The notes under the pieces were generated by a model, which was not told where the DNA came from, did not search any database, and worked only from the letters and a program-made list of their open reading frames with translations. A stretch of 64,000 nt of DNA from a virus. Each line of letters starts with the position of its first letter. The first letter of the stretch is position 1. Shown in pieces: positions 9,517-20,200 of this stretch. The stretch is from IMG/VR virus record IMGVR_UViG_3300008117_006248, positions 24,691 through 88,690 of that record; one strand, 5' to 3'. The position numbers and the translations under genes were made by a program.

Positions 9517-10144
9517 ACTACTGAGATTTGATAAGTCTAAAAAGCTTGTCTTTATTGATTGCGAGACTTTGAATCTCTGCCTTAACTTCTGCCAAAATCT
9601 TCCTTGGCAGATTGCGATGCTGCATACTGTTGGCGGCAAAAAGGTTGACGAAAGAGATTTCTTGATCAAATGGGAAACCAACCTTAAGATATCAGACGAT
9701 GCAAGACGAATCACAAGATATCCGGAACAACTTATCCAAACAACTGGCAAGAAATTTGACGATATCTTTGATACTGTTAGGGATTGGCTTGACTCTGCTG
9801 ACTATATTGTCGGTCACAATATTCTTGGCTTCGATCTATATCTCATAAAGGAGATGTACCTGTTGAAAGGATTAAGGTCGAATCATTTAGTTGACAAAAT
9901 TTTAGACACCAACTGCTTAGCTAAAGGAATTAAGTACGGGATTCCAAAACTCCAAAAGGAATCCCTTGTAGAATATCAATATAAATTACTGCACACTTAT
10001 AAAAAAGGAATCAAGACAAATCTAACAGCACTTGGTAAAGACTATAATATCGATCATGATTATGATAATCTCCACAACGCTATAATAGATTTGGAGCTTA
10101 ACTTAAAAGTCTGGAACAAAATTAAATTTCAAGTCGAAATATGA
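9506..10144 (+). CDS. DEDDh 3'-5' exonuclease (DnaQ/epsilon-like)
   Basis: FIDCET (ExoI), VGHNILGFD (ExoII), ILDT, and LHNAIID (ExoIII). Confidence 0.88.
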   Translation: MENELLRFDKSKKLVFIDCETLNLCLNFCQNLPWQIAMLHTVGGKKVDERDFLIKWETNLKISDDARRITRYPEQLIQTTGKKFDDIFDTVRDWLDSADYIVGHNILGFDLYLIKEMYLLKGLRSNHLVDKILDTNCLAKGIKYGIPKLQKESLVEYQYKLLHTYKKGIKTNLTALGKDYNIDHDYDNLHNAIIDLELNLKVWNKIKFQVEI

Positions 10145-12708
10145 GCAACTTTCACGATAATTTTTCTAATGTCAAGCTGCCTTTTCATGGCGTTAGATTG
10201 CCTGAATTCAATATCGAGTCTCGCTTAAAAAAGCAATATGGGCTAAAAGAAGATTCTTCTAACTACGATTTCTTGATGCAGGTATGCAGAACCAACTTCA
10301 AGAAACTAAATATCGCCAAAGAAGACTTTCCAAAGTATTCGGAAAGAGTAAAATATGAACTTGAGACCATTAAAGAACTTGGGTTTCTTGATTATATTCT
10401 TTTGGTTTGGACTGTTATTAACTACTGTAACGAAAATTCCATACCTGTCGGCCTTGGGCGCGGTTCTGCTGCTGGTAGTCTTATTCTTTATTTACTTGGC
10501 GTCACGAAGGTAGATCCAATTAAATACGAACTATTCTTTGAGCGTTTCATTTCTAAGATTCGCGCAAAGAAACAGGTAGTAGATGGAATCACTTATCTTG
10601 ACGGATCCTTGATGTGCGATGTCGATATCGATATCTGTTATTATAATCGCCATAAAGTAATTAAGTATCTTGACCAGCTTTTCTCTGGCAGAACTTCGAA
10701 AATCCTCACTCTTACCACCTTGAGCGGCAAACTGCTTATCAAAGAATGCGGTAAAATCATTGAGGAGAAGCAGGAATCAGAAATGAACGATGTAAGCTCT
10801 CTGATTCCAAAGGTGTTCGGCCAAGTGAAAGACTTGAAAGAGGCTTACGCCGAAGTCCCAGAATTTCAAACTTGGTGCGACAATAATCCAAGAGCCTATA
10901 AGACAGCTTTGCGTTTGCGTAATCTTATTAAGAATAAGAGCGTTCACGCCTCCGGGATGATGCTTTCATACTACCCGATAGATCAAAGCTGCCCTGTTGA
11001 ACTTACCAGCGACAAAGAACAGGTATCTAGTTATGACATGAATTGGATTTCCATCTTCAATGTAAAACTAGACCTGCTTGGCCTTAGAAGCGTTTCAATT
11101 GTTGATAGAGTCTGCAAGCTTGTCGGGATTAAAGTTTCTGATATTGATTTTAATGATTCTTTAATCTATCAGCAACTTCAAGATCTCAAAACTCCTCATG
11201 GATGCTTCCAAATTGAAGCTGAAACGAACTTTAAGGTATGCAAAAAGGTAAAACCTAAAAACCTAGAAGAACTTAGCGGTGTATTGGCGCTGGCTAGACC
11301 TGGAGCATTAGAGTTCGTAGATCAGTACGCTAACTTTACAAATAATAATGTTTACGAACCGATCCACCCATTCTTCGACTCTGTACTTAGCAAGAGCGGC
11401 GGCGTTGCTCTTTATCAAGAGCAGTTGATGAAAATGTCTAATAAAATCGGATTCACGCTAGACGAAGCAGAAGTTCTTCGGCGTATCGTAGGTAAAAAGA
11501 AGGTTGAAGAGGTGAAGAAATGGAAAGAAAAGATTTCCGATAAAATCAAGGAGAATAATCTAGCCCCAGAAGTCGGAGATATTCTATGGCGTATTCTTGA
11601 AAATTCTGCTAATTATTCTTTCAATAAGTCTCACTCAATGAGCTATGCTGCTTTGGCGGCTTGTACAGTGTATCTCAAGTTCAAGCACTCCAAAGAATTC
11701 TTCTTGGCTTTGCTTGAGATGACGAAGCACGAACCTGCTCCTTTGGAAGAAATATCTAAGATTCAAAAGGAATTGCGTCATTTTGGCATTCAACTTCTTG
11801 GGCCTCATATCTTAAAATCAGAAACAGATTTTTCTATTCAAGGCAATAATATTAGATTTGGCCTTTCTTCTATTAAGGGCATTTCTGAGAAGACAATGGA
11901 TAAGCTCAAGCTTTTCAAGAGTGAGCAATCTAGTAAATTTGAAGTTTTCCAAGCAGCTAAAGAAGTCGGCTTGTCTATTGGCGTATTGTCTGCGTTGATT
12001 CAAGCTGGTGCGCTTGACGGCTTCTCTAGCTCAAGAAGCAGAGTCGTCCTAGAAGCTCAGCTATGGAATGTATTAACAGATAAAGAGAAAGTCCTAGCCA
12101 TGGAGTATGGCCCTCAATGCGAAAACGATCTTCTTAAAACTGTTAAAAAACTTTCAGAGACCAAAAATGAGAACGGTAAACTTCTTATCAAAGAAACCCG
12201 TTTAGCCACCATTAAAAAGAAATATGATCCATATTTAAAGATCTATCAGCAGAATAATAAATCAGAAAGCTTTGCAAACTGGTTTTATGAAAATAAGCTA
12301 TTAGGCTATAGCTACGACAAATCTCTCAATGGCATATTCTCGCAAAAAATGCCAAATCTAATCACAACTTCTCAGGCTTTGGAATGCTCTGATAATCAGA
12401 CAGTTTATGTGGTTGGCAAGGTTGACGATTCATCCGAATGGATATCTAAAAACGAGAAGAAAACCAAAACATTTAAGATGATTGTTTCTGATGAATTTGG
12501 TTCCATCCCAATTCTTACTTTCAATGATAAGATAGAATTTAATAAATCAGCAAATGGTGATAAACTACCTGAGAAAGACGATATAGTTATCGTTAAAGGA
12601 CAAAAGAAAAAAGACTGCATTTTCGGCGACACAATAGGTATCCAAACCCTCAAAATCTACACAAAATTATCAGAACTGAAAGAAAAAAATCTTGACAATC
12701 AAGAGTAA
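10141..12708 (+). CDS. dnaE: DNA polymerase III alpha catalytic subunit (no PHP domain)
   Basis: GLGRGSAAGSL, FERFIS, CDVDIDI, SVHASG, KLDLLGL, LARPG, YQEQLM, YSFNKSHS and IRFGLSSIKGI motifs; C-terminal OB fold. Confidence 0.95.
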   Translation: MSNFHDNFSNVKLPFHGVRLPEFNIESRLKKQYGLKEDSSNYDFLMQVCRTNFKKLNIAKEDFPKYSERVKYELETIKELGFLDYILLVWTVINYCNENSIPVGLGRGSAAGSLILYLLGVTKVDPIKYELFFERFISKIRAKKQVVDGITYLDGSLMCDVDIDICYYNRHKVIKYLDQLFSGRTSKILTLTTLSGKLLIKECGKIIEEKQESEMNDVSSLIPKVFGQVKDLKEAYAEVPEFQTWCDNNPRAYKTALRLRNLIKNKSVHASGMMLSYYPIDQSCPVELTSDKEQVSSYDMNWISIFNVKLDLLGLRSVSIVDRVCKLVGIKVSDIDFNDSLIYQQLQDLKTPHGCFQIEAETNFKVCKKVKPKNLEELSGVLALARPGALEFVDQYANFTNNNVYEPIHPFFDSVLSKSGGVALYQEQLMKMSNKIGFTLDEAEVLRRIVGKKKVEEVKKWKEKISDKIKENNLAPEVGDILWRILENSANYSFNKSHSMSYAALAACTVYLKFKHSKEFFLALLEMTKHEPAPLEEISKIQKELRHFGIQLLGPHILKSETDFSIQGNNIRFGLSSIKGISEKTMDKLKLFKSEQSSKFEVFQAAKEVGLSIGVLSALIQAGALDGFSSSRSRVVLEAQLWNVLTDKEKVLAMEYGPQCENDLLKTVKKLSETKNENGKLLIKETRLATIKKKYDPYLKIYQQNNKSESFANWFYENKLLGYSYDKSLNGIFSQKMPNLITTSQALECSDNQTVYVVGKVDDSSEWISKNEKKTKTFKMIVSDEFGSIPILTFNDKIEFNKSANGDKLPEKDDIVIVKGQKKKDCIFGDTIGIQTLKIYTKLSELKEKNLDNQE

Positions 12709-12720
12709 AACCCTCATCAT
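12692..12720 (+). promoter_or_regulatory. sigma70-like promoter, probably leaderless
   Basis: TTGACA (12692-12697), 17-nt spacer, CATCAT (12715-12720), then 7 nt to the ATG at 12728. Confidence 0.5.
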
Positions 12721-12727
12721 ATAACGT

Positions 12728-13303
12728 ATGCTTCAATTCTACAAGCCTAACTCTAAGAATACTGGTTGCGGTTGTTCCTTTAAATATTCTGCCAAGGATG
12801 ACTGTATTTTTGTCAATATGATCAAGCAAGCCAGTTGGGATGATCAAACCAAGCGAGGATCATTCGCTGGTAATGCTCAAAACCCAAAGGCGTCTTGCTC
12901 TGTAAAGCTCAGCCTAACGGAGGCCGCTGATATTATTTCTGCCGTCCGTCGTAATGGAGAAGTTTCAGCTTTCCATGATTCTGCGAAACAAGTAACCAGA
13001 ATCAAGTTCTCGCCTTATGTTCGACCCACCAAGGATGACCCAAGCAAGACTGCTCAAGTAGGCTATTCTTTTTCAATCTCCAAGGAAAGTAAGGAAAACG
13101 CTCAAGACAAGACGTCTTTTCTAATTGGCTTTACTTTTGGAGAGGGAGTACGTCTTGAGTCTTTCTTTTGCTATGCTCTAGCTAAAAGTTTTGAAAAGGC
13201 TTCACTAGATCAAGATAATAGATCAGCCGCTATTCCTCCAGCAGCCTCTCCTAAGAAAGAGGAGGCTCCGAAGCAGGAATCGTCGGATGACGATCTATGG
13301 TAA
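12728..13303 (+). CDS. Putative single-stranded DNA-binding protein
   Basis: Beta-rich body, Pro/Ala/Lys linker and acidic-aromatic tail (SSDDDLW) typical of SSBs; lies next to dnaE. Confidence 0.5.
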   Translation: MLQFYKPNSKNTGCGCSFKYSAKDDCIFVNMIKQASWDDQTKRGSFAGNAQNPKASCSVKLSLTEAADIISAVRRNGEVSAFHDSAKQVTRIKFSPYVRPTKDDPSKTAQVGYSFSISKESKENAQDKTSFLIGFTFGEGVRLESFFCYALAKSFEKASLDQDNRSAAIPPAASPKKEEAPKQESSDDDLW

Positions 13304-15162
13304 AAAAGAAAAAGATACTTTATCACAGCGATTTTGCTTTGTCTAAGACTGGCTTTGGTAGAAATACCAAGGCCATTCTTTCTTATTTATATAAGACTGG
13401 CAAGTATGAAATTGTATCTCTTAGTGGCGGCCTAACATTAAACCATCCAGAGCTAGAAAGAACTCCCTGGAAAAGCTACGGCTCTTATCCTACCTCCGGT
13501 GCAGCTTTAGAAGACGCAAATACAAACTCAGATAAAAGCAGGCTTTATTCTTATGGCGCGTTTGAGTTAGACAAAGTAATAGAATTAGAAAAGCCAGATA
13601 TATATATTGGCGTCCAAGATTTTTGGGGAGTAGATTATGCCATCGAAAAGCCTTGGTTCAATAGGCTTAACCATGTACTTTGGGTTACTTTAGATTCTTT
13701 ACCGCTTCTTCCTTCTGCCGTAGCTGCTGCTCCTAAAGTTAAAAATTATTGGGTGTGGTCTAGTTTTGCTGAAAAAGAAATGCATAAGCTCGGGCATACT
13801 CACGTTAAAACTGTTCACGGAGCAATCGACATTTCCGACTTTAAGCCTCTATCAAAAGAAGATAAACGAAGTATAAGAAAAAAGAACGATATTTCTAATG
13901 ATGACTTTATAATTGGTTTCGTTTTTAGAAATCAATTAAGAAAGTCTGTACCAAATCTTCTACAAGGTTTTAAAATTTTCAAAGAGAAAAATCCTCAATG
14001 TAAAGCCAAACTTCTTTTTCATACACATTGGAAAGAGGGCTGGGGTATTGAAAAGCTGTGCAAAGAAACCGGAGTAGATATAACTGAAATATTAACCACT
14101 TATATTTGCAAAAAGTGCAGAAACTACGATGTGCGCTCGTTCGACGGTCACGAAGTAAACTGCAAGAAGTGCCAAAGCGAAAAGTCTTGCGTTACTACTT
14201 CTACATCTTTAGGAACTACTGAGGCGCAACTCAATGAAGTTTATAATTTGATGGATGTTTACTGTCATCCATTCACAAGCGGAGGCCAAGAAATTCCCAT
14301 ACAAGAAGCAAAATTAACTGGATTAATTACTCTTGTAACTAATTATAGTTGCGGAGAAGAGATGTGTGTTCCTGAAGCGAACTCTATCCCGCTTGAATGG
14401 AGTCAATATAGAGAATTTGGTACAGAGTTTATTAAAGCTTCCACTTGCCCTAATTCTATTGCTGAAAAATTAGGTATAGTTTTTTCTATGCCTGAAGAAC
14501 AAAGAATCAAAATGGGAAGAGCCGCTAGAAAATGGGCTATTGATAATTTTTCTGTAGATAGCGTTGGTCAAAAAATCGAAAAGTTCTTGGATTCTTGCGA
14601 TGTCAAAGAATATACTACGGAAAAAGATCCGCCCAAGCTTAACGATCCAGACGCCTCTATACCAGACACAGAAGACGAAGTCAAGTGGCTAAAATCTTTA
14701 TACTCTTTAATCTTAAAGAGAGATATCGCTGACAATGATGACGGCTTGATTCACTGGATTGAAAAAATTAAAAGCGGCGTTTCAAGGCCAACAATAGATC
14801 AATACTTTAGAGAGGTCGCTCGTAAAGAAAATGACAAAAATAGAACTTTTAAATTAGAAGACTTATTTGGAGACACCCAACCAGAAGATAGAATCTTTGT
14901 TTCTATAAATTCAACAATAGAAAATATATTCTTATCCACTAAAATAATTTCTTCTATAAAAGAAAAATATCCTAACAAACACATCTTTGTTTCTTCTAAT
15001 GAGCAAAGCCAACCCATATTCTCCGGCAACACTAATATAAAAGAAGCATTTATACAAACAAAGCAATTCTCTGATCCAGAATTTTTAAGAAAGAATTTCT
15101 TTGAGAGTTATTGCTTAGATAATTTTTCAATCAACAATCATCATTCTGTTCTAATCAAATGA
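13297..15162 (+). CDS. GT-B glycosyltransferase (GT4-like) with a Zn-ribbon insertion and extra C-terminal domains
   Basis: KTGFGRN, FRNQLRKS and LNEVYNLMDVYCHPFTSGGQEIPIQEAK motifs; CKKC..CKKC insertion. Confidence 0.85.
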   Translation: MVKKKKILYHSDFALSKTGFGRNTKAILSYLYKTGKYEIVSLSGGLTLNHPELERTPWKSYGSYPTSGAALEDANTNSDKSRLYSYGAFELDKVIELEKPDIYIGVQDFWGVDYAIEKPWFNRLNHVLWVTLDSLPLLPSAVAAAPKVKNYWVWSSFAEKEMHKLGHTHVKTVHGAIDISDFKPLSKEDKRSIRKKNDISNDDFIIGFVFRNQLRKSVPNLLQGFKIFKEKNPQCKAKLLFHTHWKEGWGIEKLCKETGVDITEILTTYICKKCRNYDVRSFDGHEVNCKKCQSEKSCVTTSTSLGTTEAQLNEVYNLMDVYCHPFTSGGQEIPIQEAKLTGLITLVTNYSCGEEMCVPEANSIPLEWSQYREFGTEFIKASTCPNSIAEKLGIVFSMPEEQRIKMGRAARKWAIDNFSVDSVGQKIEKFLDSCDVKEYTTEKDPPKLNDPDASIPDTEDEVKWLKSLYSLILKRDIADNDDGLIHWIEKIKSGVSRPTIDQYFREVARKENDKNRTFKLEDLFGDTQPEDRIFVSINSTIENIFLSTKIISSIKEKYPNKHIFVSSNEQSQPIFSGNTNIKEAFIQTKQFSDPEFLRKNFFESYCLDNFSINNHHSVLIK

Positions 15163-16313
15163 ATCTATTAAAGTCTTTTCAATCCACAACTGGTTTAGAG
15201 CCCGGCAAAGGACATATCTATGAAAAAATATATCCACTGCCATTTGATAATTTTATAGTTTTAGATACTCAGTCTGCTGATGCTAACAGGAATTACAGTT
15301 TCTGGTTCAGAGTAATAGAGCTAATCGAACCAATACTATCAAAGCAAAAAATTAATATTGTTCAATTTGTGGAAGACAAGAAGTATCACTTTAATCATAC
15401 TTATATTGACAATAGCGTTCACTTAAGCCAAAAAACCTATCTTCTTAAAAAAGCAAAATTCTTTTGCGGCGCTTCCAAAATATACTCTCTAATCTGTTCT
15501 GAGTATGGCGTGAAGCAATGCTACCTTAAATATGATTACTATTTAGAAAATACTCTAGTAGAAGATGATTGCATCATTCATTCTAATTACAAAAGAAAAA
15601 ACTTTGTAAATCCAACTAATGCTCCAATAAATAATATTAGGCCGGAAGAAATAGCCAGAAAAATTATACAAATGATTTTGGGCTATGAACCTGAATTTGA
15701 TAGCACAATATCTATCGGCAGGGTTTACGCAACTCAAAGCATAGAAATTATTCCCGATAATGTTTTTGATATAAAAGCGGATGGTAAAAATGAAATAATT
15801 ATAAGAATGGATTACCTTTTTTCTGAAGCTCATTTAGATAAGCAGCTTAAGATTTTGCCCGCCTTCATAGTTACGAACAAGCCAATAGATAAAAACATCC
15901 TACTACGCAATAGAAAAAATATCAAAAAAATATACTTTAAAATAGAAAAAAATTCTGAAGAAAATTTTGTAGCAGAATTAAGCAAAATAGGCATCGATTG
16001 TGATCTTATAACAGGCTTAACCGGAGAAGATTTAGATAAAGAAAAAATCAAATACCTAGATTTTAAAAAAATCAATAGATTAAATGTTTTAGATTTAAGC
16101 TTTCTAGACGGCCTTGATAAGTCTAAAGTTTATTATAAAGTAAATAAAATCGTGGTAAAGTCTAGTAAAACATTTTGTAGCAGATGGAACGCCAAAGCAT
16201 CTTTGAGCCACTCAAATGTAAGAGAAGCGGAATGCGCTTTGCCGCCTTCTTTCGATGATGCTTTCAAAGAAGAGGCCGACTATTTTTATTTCTTGACAAA
16301 AGAGAAGCTGTAG
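15159..16313 (+). CDS. Hypothetical protein, possibly a degenerate GT-B/GT9-like fold
   Basis: RNYSFWFRVIELI..INIVQF, SQKTYLLKKAKFFCG and INNIRPEEI resemble the heptosyltransferase-like C-domain; ATGA-coupled to the GT gene. Confidence 0.45.
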   Translation: MNLLKSFQSTTGLEPGKGHIYEKIYPLPFDNFIVLDTQSADANRNYSFWFRVIELIEPILSKQKINIVQFVEDKKYHFNHTYIDNSVHLSQKTYLLKKAKFFCGASKIYSLICSEYGVKQCYLKYDYYLENTLVEDDCIIHSNYKRKNFVNPTNAPINNIRPEEIARKIIQMILGYEPEFDSTISIGRVYATQSIEIIPDNVFDIKADGKNEIIIRMDYLFSEAHLDKQLKILPAFIVTNKPIDKNILLRNRKNIKKIYFKIEKNSEENFVAELSKIGIDCDLITGLTGEDLDKEKIKYLDFKKINRLNVLDLSFLDGLDKSKVYYKVNKIVVKSSKTFCSRWNAKASLSHSNVREAECALPPSFDDAFKEEADYFYFLTKEKL

Positions 16314-16321
16314 GTCATAAT
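16293..16321 (+). promoter_or_regulatory. sigma70-like promoter, probably leaderless
   Basis: TTGACA (16293-16298), 17-nt spacer, CATAAT (16316-16321), then 6 nt to the ATG at 16328. Confidence 0.65.
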
Positions 16322-16327
16322 CATCCG

Positions 16328-17020
16328 ATGAGTATTCCTCCAAAAGTTCTCAAGAGAAATGAGTACGGTCTTCTTGAAGACCCTCCCATCCCGTACGTAT
16401 TTAATGATGACGGATACGTTAACTGGCGCAAAATGATCCGTCCAGAGTTCCTTGTGCCTAACAAGCAAAGAACTCAAGAAACCGACATCTCGAAGCTAGA
16501 AGATAAAGACCTATTGATTCTTTTGGGCGGCATTAAAGAACTCGCTCAAATCAGAGGTTTTACTTGCGTTTCTTATGATGTGCCAGAAGCTGGGCCTAAT
16601 TACGTAATTGCTAGTTGCTATATTAATTGGATTGGCAATTATGAGACTTCTAATGTAGATGTGTCTTTCCAAGCCTTGGCTGACGCCTCTCCCGACAATA
16701 CTCAAAGTTTTGCAAGAAACTACTTAGCTGCCATTGCCGAAAATAGAGCTTTCGTTAGATGCGTCAGAAACTTTCTAAAGATCAATATTGTCGGCCAAGA
16801 AGAAATCGGCACAAAGGTTGTTGATGAGCCAGCTCCAGAAAATCCAATGTCTCCTGCTACTGTTCTTTACAATCTCATGAAAGAAAAGAACATCTCTTTT
16901 GAGCAAATTCAAAAGAGACTAGTCAAAGACAAGTACGAAAAGGCAGAAGAAATTACATCTATCAACGACCTTTCTAAGCCAAAGATTTTCGAGCTTATCG
17001 AAAGAATTAAGAAGGCTTAA
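16328..17020 (+). CDS. Putative single-strand annealing protein (Rad52/Sak-like)
   Basis: GGIKELAQIRG and ALADASPDN..LAAIAENRAFVRCVRNFL resemble the Rad52-like AETRA..RA helix. Confidence 0.5.
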   Translation: MSIPPKVLKRNEYGLLEDPPIPYVFNDDGYVNWRKMIRPEFLVPNKQRTQETDISKLEDKDLLILLGGIKELAQIRGFTCVSYDVPEAGPNYVIASCYINWIGNYETSNVDVSFQALADASPDNTQSFARNYLAAIAENRAFVRCVRNFLKINIVGQEEIGTKVVDEPAPENPMSPATVLYNLMKEKNISFEQIQKRLVKDKYEKAEEITSINDLSKPKIFELIERIKKA

Positions 17021-17284
17021 TTACCACCTGTTAGCAGGGCAGCTTTCGTAGTCGGCTTTTACTTTCATCGACACGAAACATCCGCAAATCGTGCATCGAC
17101 CTAGATCTCTATCTAGGTCTTTGCATTTACTACATATGTCTAGTCTTTCTTGAGCTTTGTCTTTTTGAGATATTATCGGTCTTCCATTAGCTATTGCTGA
17201 TCCAGCTTTCACCGCAGATCCGCTTAAACTTTTTGAAACCTTCGCTGCTTCTTTAAATAAATCGCTGAAGTCATTTAAGTTCAT
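17021..17284 (-). CDS. Small Cys-rich putative metal-binding phage protein
   Basis: ERLDICSKC..RCTICGCF..K...SCPANRW pattern. Confidence 0.65.
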   Translation of the reverse strand: MNLNDFSDLFKEAAKVSKSLSGSAVKAGSAIANGRPIISQKDKAQERLDICSKCKDLDRDLGRCTICGCFVSMKVKADYESCPANRW

Positions 17285-20200
17285 ATTTTTATTGTTCCTG
17301 GAAACATATTTGCGTATGTAAAATCTATTGCTTTAGAATAAGAGTCTCCGCATCCGTAAGTACAGAATATAGCTTCTCCATTTATTCTCCCATTAGAAAC
17401 TGATAATGCTTGCGCCGTTCCTCTTGCATTGGCTTCTATAGTGCCGCCTGCATTATAAAATTGAAAATAAGTATTAGGAACAGTATTAGCTGTCGGGAGC
17501 AAAGTCCCCGGAGGCACATATTTTTCATAGCTATCATTATTTAAACCACGACAACCAATTGCTGTATATCCCCCTACTCCTATTGGCGCGCTATTATTAA
17601 CGCAAGACGTTGTTTGTTCTGTAACTATTCCTAATATTTTTCTTCTAAATGTTCTTAAATAACTTTCTTTAAATGCTCCCGCCATCAAAGGGTGCAAGAA
17701 AGGCTTAAAGCTTAAAGTCATTGAATCTTCAGAAGAAACTTTATATATTCCTTGAGCCAAACCTAAAGGCTCAGCTTTATCTGATTTTAATTCTACTCTT
17801 CCTACACTTCTAGAAGCAGAAACTGCAATAGAAGAGTTTATTGGCAAATAAAGACTAGCTTCATTTGTTAGGGCTTCTTTTGTTCCATTTGTATTAAATG
17901 AAATCAAATCAAATTCATTATCTCCTAAAGACGACTCGAACCAAGCATTATAAGAATTCTTTTGATCTACAGCCCAAATCATTGGTAAAATAACTCTAAC
18001 TTCATTAAGATTATTTATCCCCATAACTAGTCTATTGAACATCTCTGCTCTAGGCAGCATGTTTGGCAAAGGACCGAAGCCGTATTGCCCATCTCCTCTC
18101 ACAGAAAGAGGCAGCAGCGTGAGCCATGGAGGAGGAGTAAACCTGCTCGTAGAGAAAACTGCTGCGCTGCCATCTGGCACAACAGTCAAATTATTTAAAG
18201 AAAACAATTCTGGAACCCCACCATCAGCGCTCTTTTGTTCTACATTTGGATTTAAAGAAACTGGAGTTATAGCACTAGAATCTTTTGTTGGCTCTATTGT
18301 GCTTGAAATCGTCGAGTCTTCCACTTCGCTCACGCCCGCGTCCGTATCTTCGGTATAAATTTGGCTATTTTCTAGTGGATTTGTAAATTTATCTGTATAT
18401 AATTTTGAAATTATATTCCAAGTTTCATCTAATATTCCTATAGAAGACACATCTTTCTCTTCTGGCGTTGCGTCAAGATCGTAAAAAGCTACAGAATTTT
18501 CTGAGTTTGGCTGCTCTTCTGGTATAGAAAAATTTAAATATTCATCGAGCCTAGCCTTTTGCTCTACGGAAAAAGGATTTCCATTGTTTTGCTCAAGTCT
18601 TTGTTTGTCAGAATATACGCTTGCCAGTCTCACTCCGCCTTCAATAGACGCTTTTAGATTGTCTCTATCAAAAGAATTATTCTGCAAAACCAATACGCTC
18701 CTGTTTATATTTAAATCATTAGCTACTATTTGGAAAGATCTTTTAACAAAAGGAACAAGGTCTGTGAAAGTCTGCTCTCTTTTGCTTTGTAAATTTTTGA
18801 ATAAAGAATAACCGTGCCCCGGATCAGTTATTTGTATGCCCACTATTTTTCCATATTCATTTAACTTTACTATTCCCTCTGCTCGCTTGCCGCCCTGCGA
18901 CTCAGGAACTAAGTTTGGAGGAGGTATTTTTAAAGTAGGAGGAATAAGGAATACATCTTTAGGCACTGAAGGTAAAAGAATAGAATTTACTGTACCTTCT
19001 AATACTGGATCTCTGTAAAAAACATCATATTCGCACGCTAATTTATAAAATATTTTAAAGTCAAATGTAGACGACGAAGATCTCCCATCTGAAGTTGTGA
19101 TGCCTTTCAGTTCATCATATTTATAAAAACCAGCTTCAGGTATTCTAATGCCCCTCAAAACTGGGCTATTTAAGTCTAAATTTATCTTTTTGTCTTTTTC
19201 GCTTCTTGTTTCGGCATTTAATGGCACATACTTATCGTAAGCAATGTATCTCCAGTAAGGTGGAATTAGTAATTTAGAAAAACTCAGAGACTTTGTCCTT
19301 CCACTTGATGTGCATTCTACTTCATGTTTTACCACCAGAAGTCTTAAGTTATCATTTTTGTTATCTTCTAATTCGTCTATTCTATCAAATAAAGATCTTT
19401 GCGCCGCGATAATATCCACATCTCGCTCTATTGATAAAACAAATTTTTGAGATTTGGTAAAGAAACCAAATTTTTTGTTTTCCGTAGCCGAAGTCGTAGT
19501 TGGATCTTTTGTTATTGTTATTGCTTTAGTTAAATCTACATAAGAAGCTCCACTTTTATATTGTAATTTTACCTGGAAAAGCGTTGTTTTAATTGATATT
19601 TTATTTTCAAAAAAAGAATAGTCGAAAAAGTCATCATTTATTTTCCAGAATAAAACTATCGATTTATTAGCTAATCCTTCTTTGTTAGTTATTATACATG
19701 GATGTATTTCTGTAACTGAAGCTGGATAAAAATACCCCTTTGTTTCATTATTTGTTTTTGTATAATTAGGCTCATAGTAGAAAAAATCATTTCCTACTCC
19801 ATTCGTAAAATAATAATTTCCTATATCCAATCCTTTAAAAACTGAAGTATCTAAAAAACCATGCGAATAAGTGGGTTCTGCGCTCGTAATCTCATCACCT
19901 TGAATTGATTCTGTCCGATTATTTGATATTGTATAAACCTCAGAAAATTTAGTATATATTTCGTATCTTAAAGTTGCTGGATTAACTACATCTATTATAT
20001 TTGTTGATATAGAAGAATCTATTGGTCTTTGTGGTTCTGCATTGTCTATGTTATCAAAGAAAAGAGTCTTTTGCTCTGTAGTTTGAGGCGTAAACCTATC
20101 AAAACTAACCTTTATATAAAAATCAAAATACCCTCCAGAGTCTGATCTTATTATAGATTGCTTATTAAAATTAAAAATATAACCACTAATTTTTCCTTTG

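Noticed and set aside
3850-12708. Inteins or introns in RecA, DnaB or DnaE
   Set aside because: Protein lengths are normal or short, and no C/S...HN splice motifs or homing endonuclease motifs were seen.
951-16705. Short - strand and alternate-frame ORFs in the left arm (e.g. 3326-3718, 4402-4767)
   Set aside because: They overlap well-supported + strand genes and show no recognisable motifs.
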